Below, piece after piece: positions 34,801 to 44,111 of a DNA stretch of 57,383 nucleotides; the stretch's first letter is position 1; each line of letters begins with the position of its first letter. The notes under the pieces are model-generated. The model worked only from the letters and a program-made list of their open reading frames with translations, had not been told where the DNA came from and did no database searches. The DNA is from a virus (taxonomy: Duplodnaviria; Caudoviricetes): IMG/VR virus record IMGVR_UViG_3300032299_000921, positions 1 through 57,383 of that record; one strand, written 5' to 3'. Position numbers and translations under genes: made by a program.

Positions 34801-37538
34801 TCAATCAAATCTTTTTTCTCTTGAGTCTGAGCCTTTTCTTTTTGATCCAATAACTCTTGTTTTTCTAACATCTTATCAGCAGCAGCAATGCTTCTCTCAT
34901 CAGATATTCCTTTTGATTGATTTACTTCATTAAATTCATTTAATCTTTCAATAGTAGTTTTAAATTTACCAAATTGTTCATTGGTCAATTTACCTTGTAG
35001 TCTCAGTAAAGATCCGAGACCCAAAGCACCATTCATACCCAAATTCTTATTTGCATCTAATACTATTGATGCCAAACCTTTTTGTTCTAATTCAGCAAGA
35101 AAACCATTTTTAATATTTTCTCTTCTAATCTGATTAAAACCACCAAGAGTTGTAAATCCACCAGTCATCATTCCAGAACCTACTGCAACATCAGCAAATG
35201 TTCTAAAATTATAGTGGTCAATAAGAGGTTTAGAATATATTTTTCCTGGATTAAAAAATTCAAAAACTGTCTTTTGTGTTAAGTAATCTTGATTTGTTTC
35301 TTGTAAGAAATATTCACTAGCTATGTCTAATGCTGTTTTTATTAAGCCTACCCTTCCTAAACTTCTAAGTCCAGTAATAGGAGTCTTATTAAACATGATA
35401 TCCATATCGAATTGATAAGTAGCCGCTAGAGCAACTTGATTAAAGAATTGTTTTCTAGAAGCTGCTTCTGCCTTAATAACAGAGCCTGTTTCTCTATAAA
35501 TCGTTTCGTACATTTCATGTACTTGCATTCCAGTATCCGTAGCCATACCAACAGCAGCACCAAGTTTAGTGTTTTTAAAACCTACGGCAACAGCAGGAAG
35601 CATCGTTGGTAGTTGTTTGGCCATAACTAAAACAGCATCTTTTCCAAACTCTTTTAAACCATCAATTGTACTAATTCTTTCTAAAAATTCTTCTGGAGTT
35701 TCATCACCACCTAAAATATTTGTTTTTAGAATGCTAGGATTTAAAAAATCTGTTTCCATTTCTTCAGCCAAATCACCTAAATCTCTCAAGTAAGTTGAAA
35801 ATCTACTAGCACCAAAACCTAACATTTCTGCTACAGGAGATAGACCACCAAGCATATTCAAAGATGATTTTTCTAATATACTCACCATCCAGTCACCATA
35901 ACCTATTTTTCCTTTTGCTAAATTTTCTTCTTGAGTTTTAGCATCAGAGTAATTACTTACTCCTTTATCATATGCCCTTTTAACTGCTTCAGCAGAAAAA
36001 TTATCTTGAAGTAAAGCTTTTTGTTCTTCGTTTATCTTATTTTGATATTTTGTATTTAAAAAATCAAGTTTTGTATCAAAAGTTATTTTAGCTTCTTTTT
36101 TTAATTTTTGTACTTCTTCATTTTTACTAGCAATAAACTCTTCTAAATTTTTAAAATTCGCTTTAAAATCATCAATTTGTTTTTGATTTTTAAACTCATA
36201 TCTATTTGTGTTAAGATTGTAAAAGTCAGAATAAGTAGTTAAAAATTGTTCATTCATTTGTTCAATTTCTTGCACAAAAGGTTGAACTTTAATCATTAAA
36301 TCATCAGTAATTTCATCAGAAATAACTTCTGCTTCTTTTTTTGCTAATTCTCTATTTTCAGAAATTATACTAAAACTTTTATCTTTTGCTTCTTTAGTAA
36401 TTAACTCCTGAGTAACTCCAAAAGTTTTTACAAATTCTTTATCTATTTCTTTTTTTATACCAACTGATTCTATTCCTTTTTTTACTTCTTCTATAAGTAC
36501 TTTTTTAAATATTGTACCAATTTTGGTATCATATACTTCTTGCCAAGGTTTTAATTGCTCTTCTACTTCTGGTGTACTATTTACATTTCTGCGTAAATTT
36601 TCCCATGCAACAGAAGCAAAACCTTCTATTTCGTCCATATTCGGAACTCTATTATAAACAACATCTTGTTCACCTAGAGCTTTTACAAAAGTTTCATTTG
36701 GTTTTGATAATTTTTCTACTAAATTTTCATTATAAACAGAATAACTAAATTCCCTACCTTCACTATCTGTATCATATATTGTCTGTGATAAATTAGGAGA
36801 AATTGCATTTTCTTCAGTTGTTTGGAGATCAGAAGTTTCAATCCGAGAACCTCTTAAATTTCTTTTAAACAACGGAATTAAAGCTTGCTCATAAGCATAC
36901 AATTTCTCGTTTGATTCTGATATTGTTTTCTCCATTGGAGTTTCTTCAGGATTCAAATAAGTAGGGTCTTGAGTAGCCATATAATTCACCCATTTACCTA
37001 TTCCAAGTTCCGAAATTCCCATTGTTGCTCCACCCAATACAGTACGAGTAACAGTCGAAGGAGTTTCAAGACTCATTTTTCTTTCATACTCCTTATTGAA
37101 GTCTGAAATAGTTCTTGAAATAGTTTGAACAGGATCTTCTAAAACTTCTGTAAAAGTAGTTTTTCTATTTCTACCTGTTTTCCAAAAAATAGAACTTTTT
37201 GGTCCAGGTCCACTTGGTGAGAACTCTTGCTCTATTTGTTCTTGAGCCTCTTGTTCTTTTCTAACGTTATTTTGAATTTCTAAATCTAACGGGTCACCGC
37301 TACTCGAAACCGAACTCAATTCTGAAAAAGAATCTTCTTTTTTTTTTAATGGTTCAGCCGGATTAATAACCGTTGGTTGAGGTACTTCCTCTGAAAAATT
37401 ATATACTTCTTTTAACTGCTCAATGACAGAATCATCGTCACCAACGTATTCTGTAAATTGCTTCATATCTGAAAAATCACTCTTAAAGTTTTCGTCAGAG
37501 TTATAAAATTGGTCGTATAGTTTTTGAAATTTTTCCAT
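25857..37538 (-). CDS. Giant (3893 aa) internal virion/ejected cargo protein with zincin domain
   Basis: Position after the muzzle and small cargo genes; HEIAH zincin motif (33921-33935); Gly/Ala-rich hydrophobic helices; FAKVPSNI motif reminiscent of podovirus ejection proteins. Confidence 0.75.
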   Translation of the reverse strand: MEKFQKLYDQFYNSDENFKSDFSDMKQFTEYVGDDDSVIEQLKEVYNFSEEVPQPTVINPAEPLKKKEDSFSELSSVSSSGDPLDLEIQNNVRKEQEAQEQIEQEFSPSGPGPKSSIFWKTGRNRKTTFTEVLEDPVQTISRTISDFNKEYERKMSLETPSTVTRTVLGGATMGISELGIGKWVNYMATQDPTYLNPEETPMEKTISESNEKLYAYEQALIPLFKRNLRGSRIETSDLQTTEENAISPNLSQTIYDTDSEGREFSYSVYNENLVEKLSKPNETFVKALGEQDVVYNRVPNMDEIEGFASVAWENLRRNVNSTPEVEEQLKPWQEVYDTKIGTIFKKVLIEEVKKGIESVGIKKEIDKEFVKTFGVTQELITKEAKDKSFSIISENRELAKKEAEVISDEITDDLMIKVQPFVQEIEQMNEQFLTTYSDFYNLNTNRYEFKNQKQIDDFKANFKNLEEFIASKNEEVQKLKKEAKITFDTKLDFLNTKYQNKINEEQKALLQDNFSAEAVKRAYDKGVSNYSDAKTQEENLAKGKIGYGDWMVSILEKSSLNMLGGLSPVAEMLGFGASRFSTYLRDLGDLAEEMETDFLNPSILKTNILGGDETPEEFLERISTIDGLKEFGKDAVLVMAKQLPTMLPAVAVGFKNTKLGAAVGMATDTGMQVHEMYETIYRETGSVIKAEAASRKQFFNQVALAATYQFDMDIMFNKTPITGLRSLGRVGLIKTALDIASEYFLQETNQDYLTQKTVFEFFNPGKIYSKPLIDHYNFRTFADVAVGSGMMTGGFTTLGGFNQIRRENIKNGFLAELEQKGLASIVLDANKNLGMNGALGLGSLLRLQGKLTNEQFGKFKTTIERLNEFNEVNQSKGISDERSIAAADKMLEKQELLDQKEKAQTQEKKDLIDGQIKELDTKISDLQDANKEVDLAVVKNIETGRVVYATDSESMNKLLQKNPKLATSLFRGIYEGAFNLDTKDTKLNEFIGNASSFFGKMQDFMRSKEDLRKQYNQKLIDEKVKRSKNKKSTLTDQEIDNEYKTELENLVNKFNIGVDVSNETLLGYQTERNANNPVNQQAKAEPIAFSFPTGMENKTSIEASDVETLDAFLEANKNNPIIAQVLGDIKTQYETFKSMFPEGKIIFHTSAESYTRATDRYEEVKTNEISNDNGAIIEKEDVEIHINLPKTTGNLNEYVVAHEIAHAALLKAFGKKVYNEQGKFVRWEKNQQIIDDMQFAIEKIAFQQFGPSLRNFFANRTYENAETAEEFVVQLAALLSRANSPLEVSFVTKVLAALSRIVKNVTGIDIFANYKKESAAINFLNYLASQSKQGKGIDEKNFVKLRSGFMIPKGLDAEALAEGNIETGTVVGMRKSSENLNSVLGQFTERPGTSKLAIDLPVKTLEQAIKDHEGAVLLIMSDNTGFFVKDDTGEFVMGGYGYMAAKANTDAGIGFASVNLGTVRSTMTNAAACRDGKPVLVLISLSAPKAALGNFYAQQYTFGALSNIVQTPKQSEEIQNSIYNALIDRTPVLKTFSKDSKLLKAIKDIETETKSKETDPQEVKAANKMLRQQRMQPLLPLLQAEFDKNFANVLRSVDFTNNKSIDAFVKTLTGSSFSFPARQGIIDSILPTTENLRTDKRTPIIKKIFLENGISQIGFHNAYGEPYFVGDQLEKDGSEIKAPWGIVYGGFTLDPSADFMKIQSKGLTHPQFNAKVPGYDHFLLPAGYSVNENFFTALQFGDTKISIAQMASQGIQPGTRLPASNEDPKALTAEQRRAMLLDREMTPVIRKSVAENMQVMESLADQFSKRLGIPYEFYHDRADNNIWKRTESGKFMINTANATVNTPIYAYSGAFLEIIKQDNIVLYSELIKDLLRDKNSEFYKDFQREIKAEAIEYLERTHTDLTPEALQAFSAAYTIENILKESYNPAGNAFPNEFNINSIEFNKMLEKVLLDHFGKIATEEYDLKTGVYKALEKIWNEIVKIIKETFSFNKIEAQKIILPSQDLKDQMMTPLQYLAKQFADPRNQFLRDKDFKPESSIKESLKNSLSYFESKFDALTAFKENIYFTPAGDLTNLPLDEISQVSEILNNDNYLKSVFKFTPSDYNNLMEEEVISSEKYTSFKLSFSDYIYSEAPKDFDINYLNNLSKLFDSSFQKDLERGNPLVLNFRKLLKFAISLDRQIILNNTRAIEIAENKNVNPFMVTNIKKDLIEKNDSYTKTLLVNPQRFFTTDIVQIFTPKEKSIMDSSDYIIDFFETITNKYKTFNFIHNFSKIQVLNDYLSDENIPDNLMNMFSEVLRLSDFKQTIEETTDKKVFVIQNINNKEEQNIVRNSFDPQSFKNGNYKSTYSEFLTNKDNALDNFIEDTNRFSFGTNFMSKNRKGEFDMVHPDGRIIKMEVTTNFLNGDVNMSFKEKDAGSYSDMISWGPSIQYLFTQIINKAFSLYQNEDITSVSFTPIYDAKEQRKNLYNIFARKKLAPYHITSDSRETTIFLPKLKEVSPSLDAIMPMYHEVQKDDISSIESTYKVRKSRAETLGKQSREIDADYEALLGQGLNNEQIFGRLFGKYSFEALRSSKYNAEFQSVYDMYVSEKAKEAWQGYSDSWNTRKDGIINFIDKYILENSLMDLVTLLRKGVRFITVDGQLLPEGESQSVVDPNLATPYEPVGTEVKFNDLEIYSALFEYGIPQHNLDAIFGTNYRKTIENLMLDEDFDEEIKQSLSDDARASKIPMTFSQLRDMSEQLGVMNATAILNYINKHLSVEKGSPVMAAIQALVDRLKQGDDVTDAIAGELGTQIEAVGNQNIQALAEIGTAAGRILRILRELNKNKGNVLVDMLKDFNIKVSPAFEAEIKARAKALDDARAAFEKAKRDAINDFSDETIGKLKDAESALEQAEFDFAMITTDPRLQFRFTSDVIANRSALALLGTGTVVLSAVSNIENLLAKYGVNSGLVKRLVDRGIPSKIGLRAFPRTKEEYRNRKLAFLESKSKSINQTMDAFFYGQIPGTAQTKFFENMARVNSVQDAINLGKLIGKMVQSFKDKNAEFTDLDFADTMQAMLIEHKKTGKLILADNKAYTIMGAFFRSLMQESELTGRLMAFGLDKFGGNIVAKKALLDYLTIASKMENENLPETLVRDLKNKGAFENQEAELRNMAILMEAIFRDERNNPFEKEGQRSVFFADNLFADKFLGTPRKAIRKAMISTYMKSLEAKAEDKGLQQILWGSANATVQALNVAQWTMFIFAKVPSNILMQILLRSNPIGATLNTAYMAFMHNKAKNDFYKKYNIGKEVPETEQAVTPTDQQNLLLPSQKALPSAGSQAVTTTSKALETTQEVELDSPTTKEQIRKAKKKMNTNQKIQFQKDLANLFEQRRRLVTAAADIPRSVAFLTVVGAIAGSGAILSSGDDPEKKKLFKQLGIKDNDVNISYVIDYLSAKYSNPNLTAEEFFRKRGGFNINRNINPKDLPEGYKIKDDKILDKYDKEVTTDYYLNITNFGTFTGYGLGYMAATYAKQKRLRSAENDKTEGFKEFFDMGTILSGVTGSVFRQTPSVKTVELFLRNLNPDEKEQNTQKILPNMLASTFAFTSPSLLGKPRSSGLAESSQFASEIEPSRENINIGGTFLEAHMNLSRNGVLGLGLAQSEFYKSEIGLFGENLAYRKTISEPGTFVAYLESAINFPSLRIGTGLETSMAADERIKHQKVRSFLIDNAYLVQVYGDNGGDANMYWKMFNRPRKNSFILTESEDNVLTNANFDKPFKLPNDIYRDELRILGEYMMGAMDEVKEGGAGQKVEDVKALVRNATTNEEENGYIEEYFQKMNERFAKAESDYKKDFLANRAAAIIRTMKDRNLLTENDMVILNQVSPVTDLKNVLESELQPRWTPSYKEKPNRSYFDSKK

Positions 37539-37544
37539 TAGTCT

Positions 37545-39023
37545 TTATTTATCAAATTTAAATGTCTGTACAAATTCAATGTATTCATCATCAGTAAGTC
37601 TGTTTTCTGCTACATCTTTCATTTTTTGATATAACAGAGGATTTTTAATAGTACCAGCTTTTACTTTTTTATGATATTCGTTTACTTTAATCTGAAATTG
37701 TTTTTGTTTTTGTAATGCATTTCTCTGAGTCGCAACCGCATCTTTTCCTCCAACATTGAACTGTAAGTTTGGTTCACTAGATGCTGGTATATTTACGTCA
37801 CCACCATTGAACTCATAGTACACTTTAAAACCGACTGCGTTCTGTATATCGTTATAATCGATAATAACATTATCTTCACCATTAACAATCTTATATGGTC
37901 TAATAGAAATGGTAGATAATTCAGCTTCGGATACTTTACCTCCACTATAAGGTTTTCCTTGTCTATTTACAGCCCCTTTATAATTATTTATTGGGAATTT
38001 TTGGCTTCCTTGTGGTTTTATATTACCAAGCGATGGAGCGTATTTTACAACGTTTTTACCACCTTCTGCTACTGTAACTTTAGGAAGTGCAAGGTTTGGT
38101 GTAAAATTAAATGTTGAATCTTCTAAAGCTCCAGTACTTACATTAATATATGTATTTTTATTTTCTTTAAGTTTTCTTTCTCTAAATTTACTTCCATCTT
38201 CCAACAAAGAAGTTTTAACCATTGTTCTTTCTTCTGGAGTCATAGAACGAACATCTTGTACTGGTAAATCTCTGTTGTCAACATATTGCTCCAAATAATC
38301 ATAATTGTTCATAAAACTCGCATCGATTACTTGTTCAATTGAATTTGGACGAACTTTATAAAGGTCTTGAATTTTATCAGCATCTTTTTCAAGAAGCGGA
38401 ACAAGTGTAAGTTTATCACTAACTTGCATTTCTTTTATTTCTCCAACAGTACCATCAAATACTTTTTGAGTATCAATTCTTTCTTTTGCTGCTGGAAGAT
38501 TTAATTGTAATGTTGCAGGATTAAAATATTCAGGAGTAGGATCTTCCTCTTGAAATTTTAAAAATTGCTGTTCGTTATTAGCTTTAGTATATTGATCAAC
38601 TAATTGTTGTGCTCTTTTGGGCCTCCACAAATTTGTTTTGCGAGATTCTTCTTCTAATATATCGTAATTGACAGATCTAGCAACATACTCACCCTTTACT
38701 TTTTCTAAATAATCATTGGTAAGCATTTGTCCTTTGATAGAACGCTGTGGATCATTTGAAGCATAAAGTTCCTGAAGACCCATAGTTGTTTCACCAAAAC
38801 TTTTTTGTGCGTCTTGAACTAATAACTTATTAAGTTTAGTAGGCCTGGTTACACCAGCCATCATTTGTTTCAATTCTGCTTTATCAGCAGCGTCTTGCTT
38901 TGCTTTTTGCTTTCCCAACTGAGTAGCCATAGAACCTATGCTATTAGCCAGCTGCTGAGTCATATCAGTCACCCCTCTTTTGGTAGCAACTTCTAAAAAT
39001 GTTACTGGTCCTGTTTTAGCCAT
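37545..39023 (-). CDS. Putative cargo/ejection protein
   Basis: Synteny; Q/A/K-rich helical N-terminus. Confidence 0.55.
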   Translation of the reverse strand: MAKTGPVTFLEVATKRGVTDMTQQLANSIGSMATQLGKQKAKQDAADKAELKQMMAGVTRPTKLNKLLVQDAQKSFGETTMGLQELYASNDPQRSIKGQMLTNDYLEKVKGEYVARSVNYDILEEESRKTNLWRPKRAQQLVDQYTKANNEQQFLKFQEEDPTPEYFNPATLQLNLPAAKERIDTQKVFDGTVGEIKEMQVSDKLTLVPLLEKDADKIQDLYKVRPNSIEQVIDASFMNNYDYLEQYVDNRDLPVQDVRSMTPEERTMVKTSLLEDGSKFRERKLKENKNTYINVSTGALEDSTFNFTPNLALPKVTVAEGGKNVVKYAPSLGNIKPQGSQKFPINNYKGAVNRQGKPYSGGKVSEAELSTISIRPYKIVNGEDNVIIDYNDIQNAVGFKVYYEFNGGDVNIPASSEPNLQFNVGGKDAVATQRNALQKQKQFQIKVNEYHKKVKAGTIKNPLLYQKMKDVAENRLTDDEYIEFVQTFKFDK

Positions 39024-39604
39024 TATTGTGGTCTATTCTTCAGATAATTTAAATAGTCAATGTCCATTGCTCCTTTAGCTACGCCACTTGCTGCACCTGT
39101 AACATTTTTAAATGCATCTTGACTTAGACCTGCTATTTGTTGTTGTGTCATATCCTCTTGTTGCATTTGTCTTTGAATCTGAGCCCTTTGCGTAGAAGAA
39201 ATTTCTCTATTGATACCCATTAATTGCAATTGGGCTCTTTCTCTTGCTTGTGCGTCCATACCTGCTAAGGTCTGAGCCCCTCTAATAGCATTAAATGACA
39301 TTATTCTACCCAATGCAGAACTTGTTTGCCCTCCACTTAATTCAGCTGCTGCTCTAAGGTTTCTAGCAGAATCAGAAGCAAATTGACTTTTATATAAATT
39401 TCTTGTCTCAGGAGCTAATCCTTGACTCATTTGTCTTTCGGCTAATGCTTTATTTTGTTGTATAGGCTCAAGACTATTTCTATAATCAGCTTTTTCTTGT
39501 GCATCAAATCTTTTAGCAAGTCTTCTTGAGTTAATACCTTGATATAAACCCATAGTTGCTTGAAGACCGCCAGAAATAAGTAACATAGTTGTTGGATCCA
39601 ACAT
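39023..39604 (-). CDS. Putative small ejection (pilot-like) protein
   Basis: MLDPTTMLLISGGLQATMGLYQG start, Q/A-rich helices and a G/A-rich C-terminal helix. Confidence 0.65.
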   Translation of the reverse strand: MLDPTTMLLISGGLQATMGLYQGINSRRLAKRFDAQEKADYRNSLEPIQQNKALAERQMSQGLAPETRNLYKSQFASDSARNLRAAAELSGGQTSSALGRIMSFNAIRGAQTLAGMDAQARERAQLQLMGINREISSTQRAQIQRQMQQEDMTQQQIAGLSQDAFKNVTGAASGVAKGAMDIDYLNYLKNRPQ

Positions 39605-39610
39605 AATATA

Positions 39611-39618
39611 CAAATATA
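39611..39618 (-). promoter_or_regulatory. Bacteroidota -7 promoter box TATATTTG
   Basis: 6 nt upstream of ATG 39604. Confidence 0.65.
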
Positions 39619-39626
39619 ATTATTTA

Positions 39627-42600
39627 TTATTGGTTATACAAACGAGGAGATGCTCTAAACTTAACAATTGCATTTATAAGTTTTTGATTTCCAACTCCCC
39701 CTGTACCAATATTCAATATTATTCTTCCTCCTGTACTATTTAAAATATAACTACCATCGGAAGCAAGTAGAAAACCTGTGGTTGCTGTTCCTGCTGCTAG
39801 AAATATTTTCATTTTAAGCCATCGTCCAAATAGTCTCGATGTGTCATTACTATTCACACCGGTTCCTGTAGAGTCGTTCTTTATTGTACTATAAAATAAA
39901 TCCTCCCTTAGTTCAAAATCTGAATTATCTAAAAAGCTAATATGATTCTTTGTGTTAAAGTATACCGGTTTATTTGATGATCCAAAAGGAATCAATTCTG
40001 AGTTTACTTGAATGGCTTCAAATATCTTTGGAAGATTTGGGTCATAATTCATTACAAACTCAATATAAGGTTCGTAATCACCAATAACACCGTAAAAGGA
40101 ATAGTTAAGACCACTATCGTGTAAATAAATAGTGTTTTCAAAACCTGTGTCTGGGTCTGGCGAGAAAAAGGTGTTGTTATAAGGCAGATAGATATTAGGT
40201 GTATAGCTATGAAAAGATGTAAAGCCATTTTTAATTTCGTCATATACAATTGTGAATGATTTTTCTGAGACCCCATCGTTATATTTAAATGTAAATATCG
40301 CCTCACCATACTTATCATTCCAAACACCATGAACACCTCTTCCACTCAAAGGATAGAATTCATTAGAAACAAACTTTCCATTATTCAAAAAGAAAGTAGC
40401 TAATCCTCTATCGCTTAGTACGCTAATACCATCTCCGGCCAACCTAACTAATTTTTGTAATCTGTCGTTATACCAATAGACAACATCTTTTCCGTTTGGA
40501 TTCTTACCTCTAACTACAGACTCTTTTTTGGATGTTCCTATAGATGTTAATTCAACACCAGGAGCACCCAATATAGAACCGCTTCCGACAACAATATCTG
40601 TACCTTCTTGTGCACCAACTAGTGACGCATCACGGAAGTATTGACGCTGAACACTTCTTTCTTGAAAAGTATAAAATGCATTATTTATAACTTCATGATG
40701 TGATATCTCACCTCTTGTGAAATCTAGGTCGGCAAAATCTAAAGGTTTAAATAGTCTGTAATTATCTTTTAGAGACCCTGTTGTTTTTTTTGCTGACCAA
40801 GTTATCCTAATTGGAGAAGACCCATCGAAATCATTATTTTCATCAAAAGAATTTACATCATTGGCTTGATATACCGCTGAGTATGACTCATCGTAATTAT
40901 TTTGATTTGATACTTCCGGCCATTGTTCTAACCAATAAAATAATCCTGCCTTCCATTCTCCGCTTGATACAGTTGCAGAAGTGCCTATCTGAGTCTTGTC
41001 TGTTTTTTGTGGAAAAACATAACCAGGACCACTAAAAGTCAAATCGTGTTCTAAAGCAGTAAAAAGTTGACTATTTCTTTCGTTTTGTGAATAGAAAGAC
41101 AAACCATATCCCAAAGTACTTTTAGCACTATCCCATTTTTGAAATAATGTTCTCAAATGAGTTCTTTGAATAAAAACATCACCTCCGAAAATACTTATTG
41201 CATTAATTTTACCATTGTCTGTAGAATTAACTAATTGTAAATTACCAATGGACTGATAAGTAGTCAATTCTTTATTTTTTGGATATTTTAGATTACCTCC
41301 AAGATCCCTAAAAATTTGACCATAATAAAGACCTCTATCGTTAGAAGACATAGAAGCATGAGGGGCAGAAATTGCTGAGTTCAATTCAAAGAAATGAGAA
41401 GAAAAAAGTCTTGGGGCAAAAATACTCAATGGTCCACCAACACCGTCATAACTAGTGTTGAATGTTTTTGTTGTTATTGTTTTTCCTTGAAAATTTACCT
41501 CTGATCCATATTCTACAAATTTAGAATCCTTGATTGTATAATTTGTATATTGTAAATCATATACCATAGGATCAACAAAAAATCCACCTAAACTAAAGTA
41601 TTTATTAGTGTCTCCGGCAGTTAACCCAGTGTTAATAGCATTAGATACTCCAGAAAAATATTTTGTATCTAGATTCGAATAGCAACCTAATATTTTTATT
41701 GAGTCTGATTCTTTATACTCATATTGTTTTCCAAAATATAAATCCGAAGAAATAAAATTAATAACAGATCTATTAGATGTTATTACAGTAAAAGGAGGAA
41801 CACTTAATGTCCAACTTGTTTGATATGAAACTTCGTTTGTTGAGTATAATGGAATATAATACGTTTTTGAACCATCGACAAAATAACCAGTAGCACCAAA
41901 TAAACCAGTTGCCAAAACTTCTGGTATTCTTTCTGCTCTAACAAATTTAAAAGCTTTTATTAATTTTTTTATTGGTACGTCTCCGACTCCATCTCCATTT
42001 GTGTCAACTAAATATTCTAAATCAATATTAAAAAACTTAGGGTAAAATACTTTTACTTTGTTTTCAGTACTATTAATACCCTCTGCAAAATTATTATCTA
42101 TTTTTTGTTTGGTAACTGTTACAGCTGTTCCCGATGTGGTAATATCAATTGGTGTTGTCGGGTTTTGTTCTGCTGCTACTTGAAAAGTATTTGTTGTTAC
42201 GTTTATAGCACGATAAATAACATTAAAGAATAAAGGAAATGGGGGAGTTGTTCCTGAAAACCTTATCTTTTGTCCTTCAAAAAACTTATGATTATTTACA
42301 GTTATTGTGTTTGTTCCTGTATTTACAGATGTCACAGCTCCTCCAAAAGTTCTTCTTCTGTTGTCCGATACGTTTACATTCGTACTTGAACCATCAAATC
42401 TAATATCGTCTACCCAATAAGCATTGCTCCATCTTCCTGTGTTTTTCCATTGAACTTGTATACCAAAACGATAAGTATCGTTAATCATATAACCAGTGTA
42501 GTCTCTCACATTTTCTGGAACAGCATATTCCCCATAATTTATATTTGGGTCAGAATTATTGTCATCTAATAAATATCCTGTACCATTTATAAATGTTTCT

Positions 42601-44111
42601 TCAATAGAATGTTCTATTTGCGTAGACCATCCATTAAGATTGTAATCAATTTGCTCTTTTAAATTACTCAACACCATTCTATTATCGTGCTGAATAATAT
42701 TTTTTACACTTACATATTTACTAGTTATTGCTAATAATTCTTCATTTGAAAGTTGTATTAAATCTTGACCTATTTCCGTGTGTTCAACTTCTAATTCTGT
42801 TTCATTTCCAGAAAGAGTAAAACGCTGAACTATATTTGCGGTAAATGAAGTTCCCTTATATTCAATGACTACAAGTTCAAAATATTTATAAATACCAGGA
42901 GTAAAATTCTTAATTGTTAATGAAATAGCCTTATTTGTTGTTGTTTCTATTTCATCTCCAAATATCTCATAGGCTTTGTCTTTTTTTCCTAAATAAATAG
43001 GAAACGGATTTGTGATTTCAACAAAGTCTTGATAAACAAAATCCTCTGTCAAAAATCTACCAGTATATCTCTTTGTTCCTGCCTTTAATTTACCCTTACC
43101 TTCAATTATATTGATATTCTCAAAATATGCAGTTTCATTTGCTAAGAAAAATAAAGTTTCGAAATCTACATTTGCTAAATCATATCTACCTTCTGTTACA
43201 TTCAATGCACCATTAATTGTTTTTCTATTACTGTACTTTAAGTAAACGACTCTTGGTGGATTTAAATTATCTGTCCAGTAGATGTTGATCTGAGGCCCAA
43301 CCCTTTCAATTTGCATTTCTGCTTTTCTCTGGGGATTAAACCTTAGTTTTTTAGATCTTAATAATTTAGTATATGAGTAACCTGTCGAATTTGGATAGAT
43401 TACACCAATCTCAGAAATAATAGATGTACCATCTGAGTTCAAATCATCTCCTGCTAAGAGAACAAACATCTCATCATCTAACTGAGCAGATCCTATAAAT
43501 GTAAACTTACCTACTTGTGTATGATATTCAGAAATCTGAGAAAACTTGGCATACACTCCTTGTGAGTTTGTAATCAAAAAGAAAAACTCATTTGTAAGAG
43601 CAGTTGTTACATCAAAGTATCCTGCTACATTGGTACCAGAGATTGTCTTTGTTACCGTTGTTGCAGAGTATGAAAATAAGCCACCCAACCAAGCATTTAA
43701 GATATTGTCTAAATCAGCCTTGATTACAGTTACCGCAGAAGCTAGATTTGTAGAAGAGTAGTTTACAAAAGGACCAGTTGTCTTTGTATGCAACACCCCT
43801 GTTGAATCCTCTATGTAAATATTTGCATCGTGCGAAGAGACTGAACCATTGTAAATATCCTCAACGTCAACAAAAACTCTGTAAGTCTGAGTTTCAGGAG
43901 CATAAGTAAAAGCTATACCAGCAACGCCATTTATTGTATTTACCAAGTTGGCATTTCCTTTGACCGGAACAACACCACCAAAGTCTCCTCCGTTTGAATC
44001 AACGGCCCTATGGCGAATGTTTGTTGCGTCTATGTAATTACCTTTTCCAATATAAGATACTTCTGTATCCTTATCCATTACACCACTAGGGGTTACTCTT
44101 ACTTGAGCCAT
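39627..44111 (-). CDS. Tail muzzle / tail stabilisation protein (crAss-like)
   Basis: GVMDKD...YIDATNIR N-terminus, YWTDNLNPPR, GYMINDTYRFGI, FGGDVFI, FTSFHSYTP, RLFGRWLKM. Confidence 0.8.
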   Translation of the reverse strand: MAQVRVTPSGVMDKDTEVSYIGKGNYIDATNIRHRAVDSNGGDFGGVVPVKGNANLVNTINGVAGIAFTYAPETQTYRVFVDVEDIYNGSVSSHDANIYIEDSTGVLHTKTTGPFVNYSSTNLASAVTVIKADLDNILNAWLGGLFSYSATTVTKTISGTNVAGYFDVTTALTNEFFFLITNSQGVYAKFSQISEYHTQVGKFTFIGSAQLDDEMFVLLAGDDLNSDGTSIISEIGVIYPNSTGYSYTKLLRSKKLRFNPQRKAEMQIERVGPQINIYWTDNLNPPRVVYLKYSNRKTINGALNVTEGRYDLANVDFETLFFLANETAYFENINIIEGKGKLKAGTKRYTGRFLTEDFVYQDFVEITNPFPIYLGKKDKAYEIFGDEIETTTNKAISLTIKNFTPGIYKYFELVVIEYKGTSFTANIVQRFTLSGNETELEVEHTEIGQDLIQLSNEELLAITSKYVSVKNIIQHDNRMVLSNLKEQIDYNLNGWSTQIEHSIEETFINGTGYLLDDNNSDPNINYGEYAVPENVRDYTGYMINDTYRFGIQVQWKNTGRWSNAYWVDDIRFDGSSTNVNVSDNRRRTFGGAVTSVNTGTNTITVNNHKFFEGQKIRFSGTTPPFPLFFNVIYRAINVTTNTFQVAAEQNPTTPIDITTSGTAVTVTKQKIDNNFAEGINSTENKVKVFYPKFFNIDLEYLVDTNGDGVGDVPIKKLIKAFKFVRAERIPEVLATGLFGATGYFVDGSKTYYIPLYSTNEVSYQTSWTLSVPPFTVITSNRSVINFISSDLYFGKQYEYKESDSIKILGCYSNLDTKYFSGVSNAINTGLTAGDTNKYFSLGGFFVDPMVYDLQYTNYTIKDSKFVEYGSEVNFQGKTITTKTFNTSYDGVGGPLSIFAPRLFSSHFFELNSAISAPHASMSSNDRGLYYGQIFRDLGGNLKYPKNKELTTYQSIGNLQLVNSTDNGKINAISIFGGDVFIQRTHLRTLFQKWDSAKSTLGYGLSFYSQNERNSQLFTALEHDLTFSGPGYVFPQKTDKTQIGTSATVSSGEWKAGLFYWLEQWPEVSNQNNYDESYSAVYQANDVNSFDENNDFDGSSPIRITWSAKKTTGSLKDNYRLFKPLDFADLDFTRGEISHHEVINNAFYTFQERSVQRQYFRDASLVGAQEGTDIVVGSGSILGAPGVELTSIGTSKKESVVRGKNPNGKDVVYWYNDRLQKLVRLAGDGISVLSDRGLATFFLNNGKFVSNEFYPLSGRGVHGVWNDKYGEAIFTFKYNDGVSEKSFTIVYDEIKNGFTSFHSYTPNIYLPYNNTFFSPDPDTGFENTIYLHDSGLNYSFYGVIGDYEPYIEFVMNYDPNLPKIFEAIQVNSELIPFGSSNKPVYFNTKNHISFLDNSDFELREDLFYSTIKNDSTGTGVNSNDTSRLFGRWLKMKIFLAAGTATTGFLLASDGSYILNSTGGRIILNIGTGGVGNQKLINAIVKFRASPRLYNQ